The position numbers and the translations under genes are program-made. Below, one piece after another: positions 60,146-64,000 of a stretch of 64,000 nt of DNA. This DNA comes from Rhodosorus marinus CCMP1338 (taxonomy: Eukaryota; Plantae; Rhodophyta), in the NCBI GenBank assembly GCA_029953675.1, contig JAMWBK010000012.1, positions 186,001 to 250,000 on the forward strand, read 5' to 3'. The notes beneath the pieces were generated by a model. That model was not told the DNA's origin. It saw nothing but the letters and a program-made list of their open reading frames with translations, and did no database searches. Each line of letters starts with the position of its first letter. Positions within the stretch are counted from its first letter, which is position 1.

Positions 60146-60860
60146 CGTCCGAATGCGTCCGATAAATATTTCGATAAGCGTTTCCTTGACCAGAATTCGA
60201 AAATAACGGATGGCATTTGCTTAGGACCCCGGTCTGATATAAGTTTATCAGACCTGAATAGAAAATAAATGAAATGAATCATCCGATAAATGGTCCGATA
60301 ACGACCCGATTTTGCAAATTCTCTTCGGATTCCGCCTTTTTTATGACAGCCTGTCTAGTTATAAATAAGCGTTATTCATTGTTTAGCAGCGACAGGTTCT
60401 CGAGTCGAGAAGTAATTATAATTCATGATATGTTGAAGGAACTTCGTTATGATTCGACAACTGCCTTGAAGATGATTGATCGCCGAACTAACGTTGATTG
60501 CATATTGGACATGTTTAACGGTGGGATAAAACAACTAATGTGTTTAAATAATTTAAATCGAATACGCCAGAATTGCGTACTGTTTTTTAATATTAATTAA
60601 TTTATAGGACGCGTCTGATAAACGTTATCGGACGGCTAATGACAAACCTACACTAAAACCCAATCAGGTGGTTAACTATGATTGACATTTCAACCAGTTT
60701 TGAATGCTCACGGCCCTTCTGCATTGGCTCAAAAAAATATATCTAATTTGCGCGAAAAAGAGTTGTAGAATAGTTTTACAGATCAATTCACAGATAGCCC
60801 TATTTCGGATAAATCTATTCGTGCTCTTTTCGAAATAATCTGGTACTTATCGAAACTCAA
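60146..60860. repeat. AT-rich segment with clustered (T/C)CGATAA motifs in both orientations
   Basis: Many TCCGATAA / TTATCGGA / TCTGATA words, including the palindrome GTCTGATA..TATCAGAC; same word cluster at 4120-4220. Confidence 0.5.
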
Positions 60861-61199
60861 AAATCCTATATTATGCATAAAGTGTCAGTATCCGTATGCA
60901 CCCCCGCAGCCCGCGCAGGGGGGAAAACTGTTTTTATAATGTACAATTGTGATTATGTTACTTCTATTTTATGGGTTAGTTGGTTTTTGTATGGCGGACA
61001 TAAGATAATTAGAACCAAAGATTGATTTGGCAGTAGTTGTCATAAAGTGGGGCATGTTATGGTTCGTATTTTATGAAGAATCTATCTTCGCTATTTCTTG
61101 ATTTAAAATAAATTACGCGCTGATCAGGTTGTGTGTAGCGAAACTTTCCTCCCAGAAAAAGGACAAACTGCTCGACATTTTTATGAGTGATTAAGAGGA

Positions 61200-63420
61200 A
61201 ACTATCGACGTCACAAGGAAGTGAAATACGATGGATGCCGCAGGAGAGGGGGGCGGCGGGCGTCGCCTTCTCTTGGAATGCGAAGCTTCGGCTTTTAGCT
61301 CATCATGTGGTACACTTGGCAATGGAGTGTTGTGACTTTATGGATTCCCTTGGTTACCGCTGGCAGGGCAAATTGTTCCTTGAGCACCCCGAGCGGCTTT
61401 CCTTGCTGTTAGCCCGTTTGAGGTTTCCTGTGATTGGGCGCATGAATGTGCGTGCGTCCTCAGGGTAGTTAGGCTCTGAATAAACCTGAAGAACATGCAT
61501 TGATGTGGAACAAATTCATTCACATGTTGGAAAGAGGTGAGAACATGCGGGGACTTTGTTTTCCCCGGGCATTCGTGTTTCGGCTCTAGCTCATCGCCTG
61601 GTACCTCTGCTCATTGAACGCTTTGCGTTTATGGATTCTATTGGTTTTCTCTGGCTCCGGGATTAGATCCGGTTTGAACGCCGAACAGCAGCATATCAAT
61701 ACCCTTCCACCTCAGCATATCCATGAGTTGCGACATCGTTGACACTAGCCGAGTGTCGCCGTGGTAAAACGACAAATCCACAAGAGAATTTCATCTTCCT
61801 CACTCATCCCATCTTCCCGTCTTTTTCGCTCGCCTCCGCGTCCGCAAAATTTCTGCTTACCCTTGAACATTCATAATTTTGACCAATCTGATCCCCAAGT
61901 ATTCCCAAATATTTCAGATTATGCTATGGATATGTATGAAGAGGAATTGACACATGGAGGGTAAAAATCAGATTGCAAATGACATAGTTCTGAATTTTAA
62001 CCTAATATAAATAAAGAATTCAAGAAATGGTTTGCTCTACGGGTTCAGTTATTTTCAACGAAATTCTAATCTCCGAGTTTTAAAATGGTTTTCTGGAGGG
62101 CATTTGTCTAAATGAATGTCAAGGCTCCTTTAACCAGAGTGTGACGTTGTGTTTCGATTTTCTCCGATGAATGAAATTGACTATCGGGAACTGAAAACGG
62201 AAACCCAGGGGGGAAAAAAACAAACTAGCTTCTTGGAGGCATTGCTCCGTATTGAATTTGTTTAGTGGGAGGCTGGAAGAAAAATACCCGCGAGTGGAAA
62301 AAGAAATCTATGGGCGTCGAAGATAGCCGCGCACGCGCCTGCAACTCAAAGCAGCGTTCATACGCCATAGCATGCAACTTAATCGGACTCCAAATTAATG
62401 GTAAGCGCTTCTTTTAGAGAAAACGTATTCCGAGAGTGACGCGCAACAACTCTAAAAGCCAACGACAACCATACGGAAGTGAGAACCCCGAGAACAAGCA
62501 ATGACCAGAGGTACCAGGCGATGAGCTATAGCCGAAGAAGCGCGCATGCCTTGGGGGGAGACAAAGCCCCCGCAGATTTCACCTCTTTTCGACGTCTCAC
62601 ACTGGCAGTGGCAAATCCACTGCGCTCTCCCGCAGCCGGTAAAAAACCACCGCTCGGGGGTTTAGAAACAGCAAGATCAACGTACGCCTTCTCGTGGCAG
62701 TCACGGTGTTGCGACTCCAATTCTAGGAGCAGCTCAGCCCCCGCAAGAGGTGCTTGAGGATTTTGAACCTTGTCATACTTTTTCACTCCTTTTTAACACT
62801 TTTTTCCACTTTTTCCCCGCTTTTTCTTACTTTTGGTTACTACACTTTTGCTTTTACACGTTTGCTCACTTTTCACGCCTTTTTGCTAAAGCTTACTTTT
62901 CCCCACACGTTTTCACTCGTGTTGGTTGCACTGAAAGTTCTTACAGAGCTATAGAGAGCCGTGGAGGCGTACACACCGGCCTTTTACTCAGGCAACCCCT
63001 CTCTGATCATAGAGTGGCTAGCATATCATTAGTGTTGTGACAAGGGCCCCAACCCCGCATATTTTAACTCTTTGCGACGTCTCATACTGGCAGCGGCATA
63101 TCACATATCCATCAACGGCGCCCTCGCGCAGTCGGCAAAGTCGGCCTGAGGATTAGGAACAGCAAGATTAACGTACGTCACTGGTGACCACGAGGTCGTC
63201 AGCCACTCGGCGTTCATCATTTTCGTAGTCTGCGCCAGTTAGGGGGCTTCTCAAGTTCAATTTAGAGCCTTTCTCAGTTTCTTACTGTGGCGTATGCTTT
63301 GAGTTGTAAGTAAAGTCCAGTTGTTGGAGGCGCGCCATCTTCAGCGTCAGCCATAGCCTTTTTTTTTTTCCCCCTCGGGGGGTGTTTTTCTTCCAGTCCC
63401 CGACTAAACAAATTCAATTT
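61200..63420. mobile_element. Cluster of old, diverged family B 3' remnants in both orientations
   Basis: YVDLAVSKP, KEVKSAGALS; B-like 3' UTRs near 62170-62230, 62260-62310 and 63360-63420. Confidence 0.75.
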
Positions 63421-63454
63421 AGAGCAATGCCTCTAACTTTGTTTTTTTCTTCCC

Positions 63455-64000
63455 CTGTTGCCCCCTTGGCCGTACGAGATGGGTTCGTCGTGCCCTCTCT
63501 GCTCTCAGACTGAAGACAACGCAGATTTTGGCGCCCACCTGCTCGCTAGTTGCCCGGCGGTGAAAGGTGCTCGAACCCGCCGCCACACACGGATCTTGAA
63601 CCTGTTATACGGGGAACTTCGGCCTATAGTCCGGCAAGCCGGTCTGGAAATCGAACGTGAGAAACCTTTACCCGTCGCGGACTTTCAAAATGATGAACGC
63701 CGTGTAGCCGACCTGGTGATCACCTGTGACGACAGCCGCCGTACCACATACGTTGATCTTGCTGTTCCTAACCCTCAAGCTAGTCGTTATCTCCCGGCTG
63801 CGGGGGAGCGCCGTGGATCTGCCGCCGCCAGCATGAGACGCCGCAAAGAGATCAAATACGCGGGGGCTTTGTCTTCCCCTGGTGTTCGTGCTTCGGCACT
63901 AGCACATCGCTTGGTACCCCTGATCATTGAGTGCTTTGGGTTCATGGACTCTGTTGGTTCTCGCTGGCTTCGGGAGTTGTTCCGCGAACGCCCTGACCGT
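63455..64000 (+). mobile_element. Young family B copy (5'-truncated, runs off the window)
   Basis: Nearly identical to about 55310-55850. Confidence 0.93.

Overview
Eukaryotic genomic DNA with short GT-AG introns of about 85-115 nt and CTAAC/CTGAC branch sites. A compact algal genome such as a unicellular red alga is plausible, but this is inference only. About half of the window is non-LTR retrotransposon sequence of the CRE/restriction-like-endonuclease (RLE) type. Family A has subfamilies A1 and A2, a 3' stem-loop and a mixed AGTAAAGTCC/AATAAAGCC tail. It has one nearly complete two-ORF copy at 49677-54358 and many 5'-truncated copies, mostly in head-to-tail strings. Family B has a U-tract/hairpin 3' UTR, an (ATTC)n or (GTTC)n tail and 6-8 bp target-site duplications (TSDs), plus many older relatives. 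Six host genes lie between the elements and all encode predicted secreted or surface proteins: an intron-containing RTX-repeat protein, two more members of the same unnamed Cys-rich domain family, a Cys-repeat protein, a frameshifted Cys-rich gene and a propeller/trefoil-like protein. There are also two MITE-like foldbacks and an unclassified dispersed repeat with a 34-bp VNTR. The most notable system is the tail-to-head chaining of family A copies and its telomere-like variable tail. All calls come from reading motifs by eye; no searches were run, and the boundaries of degraded copies are approximate.
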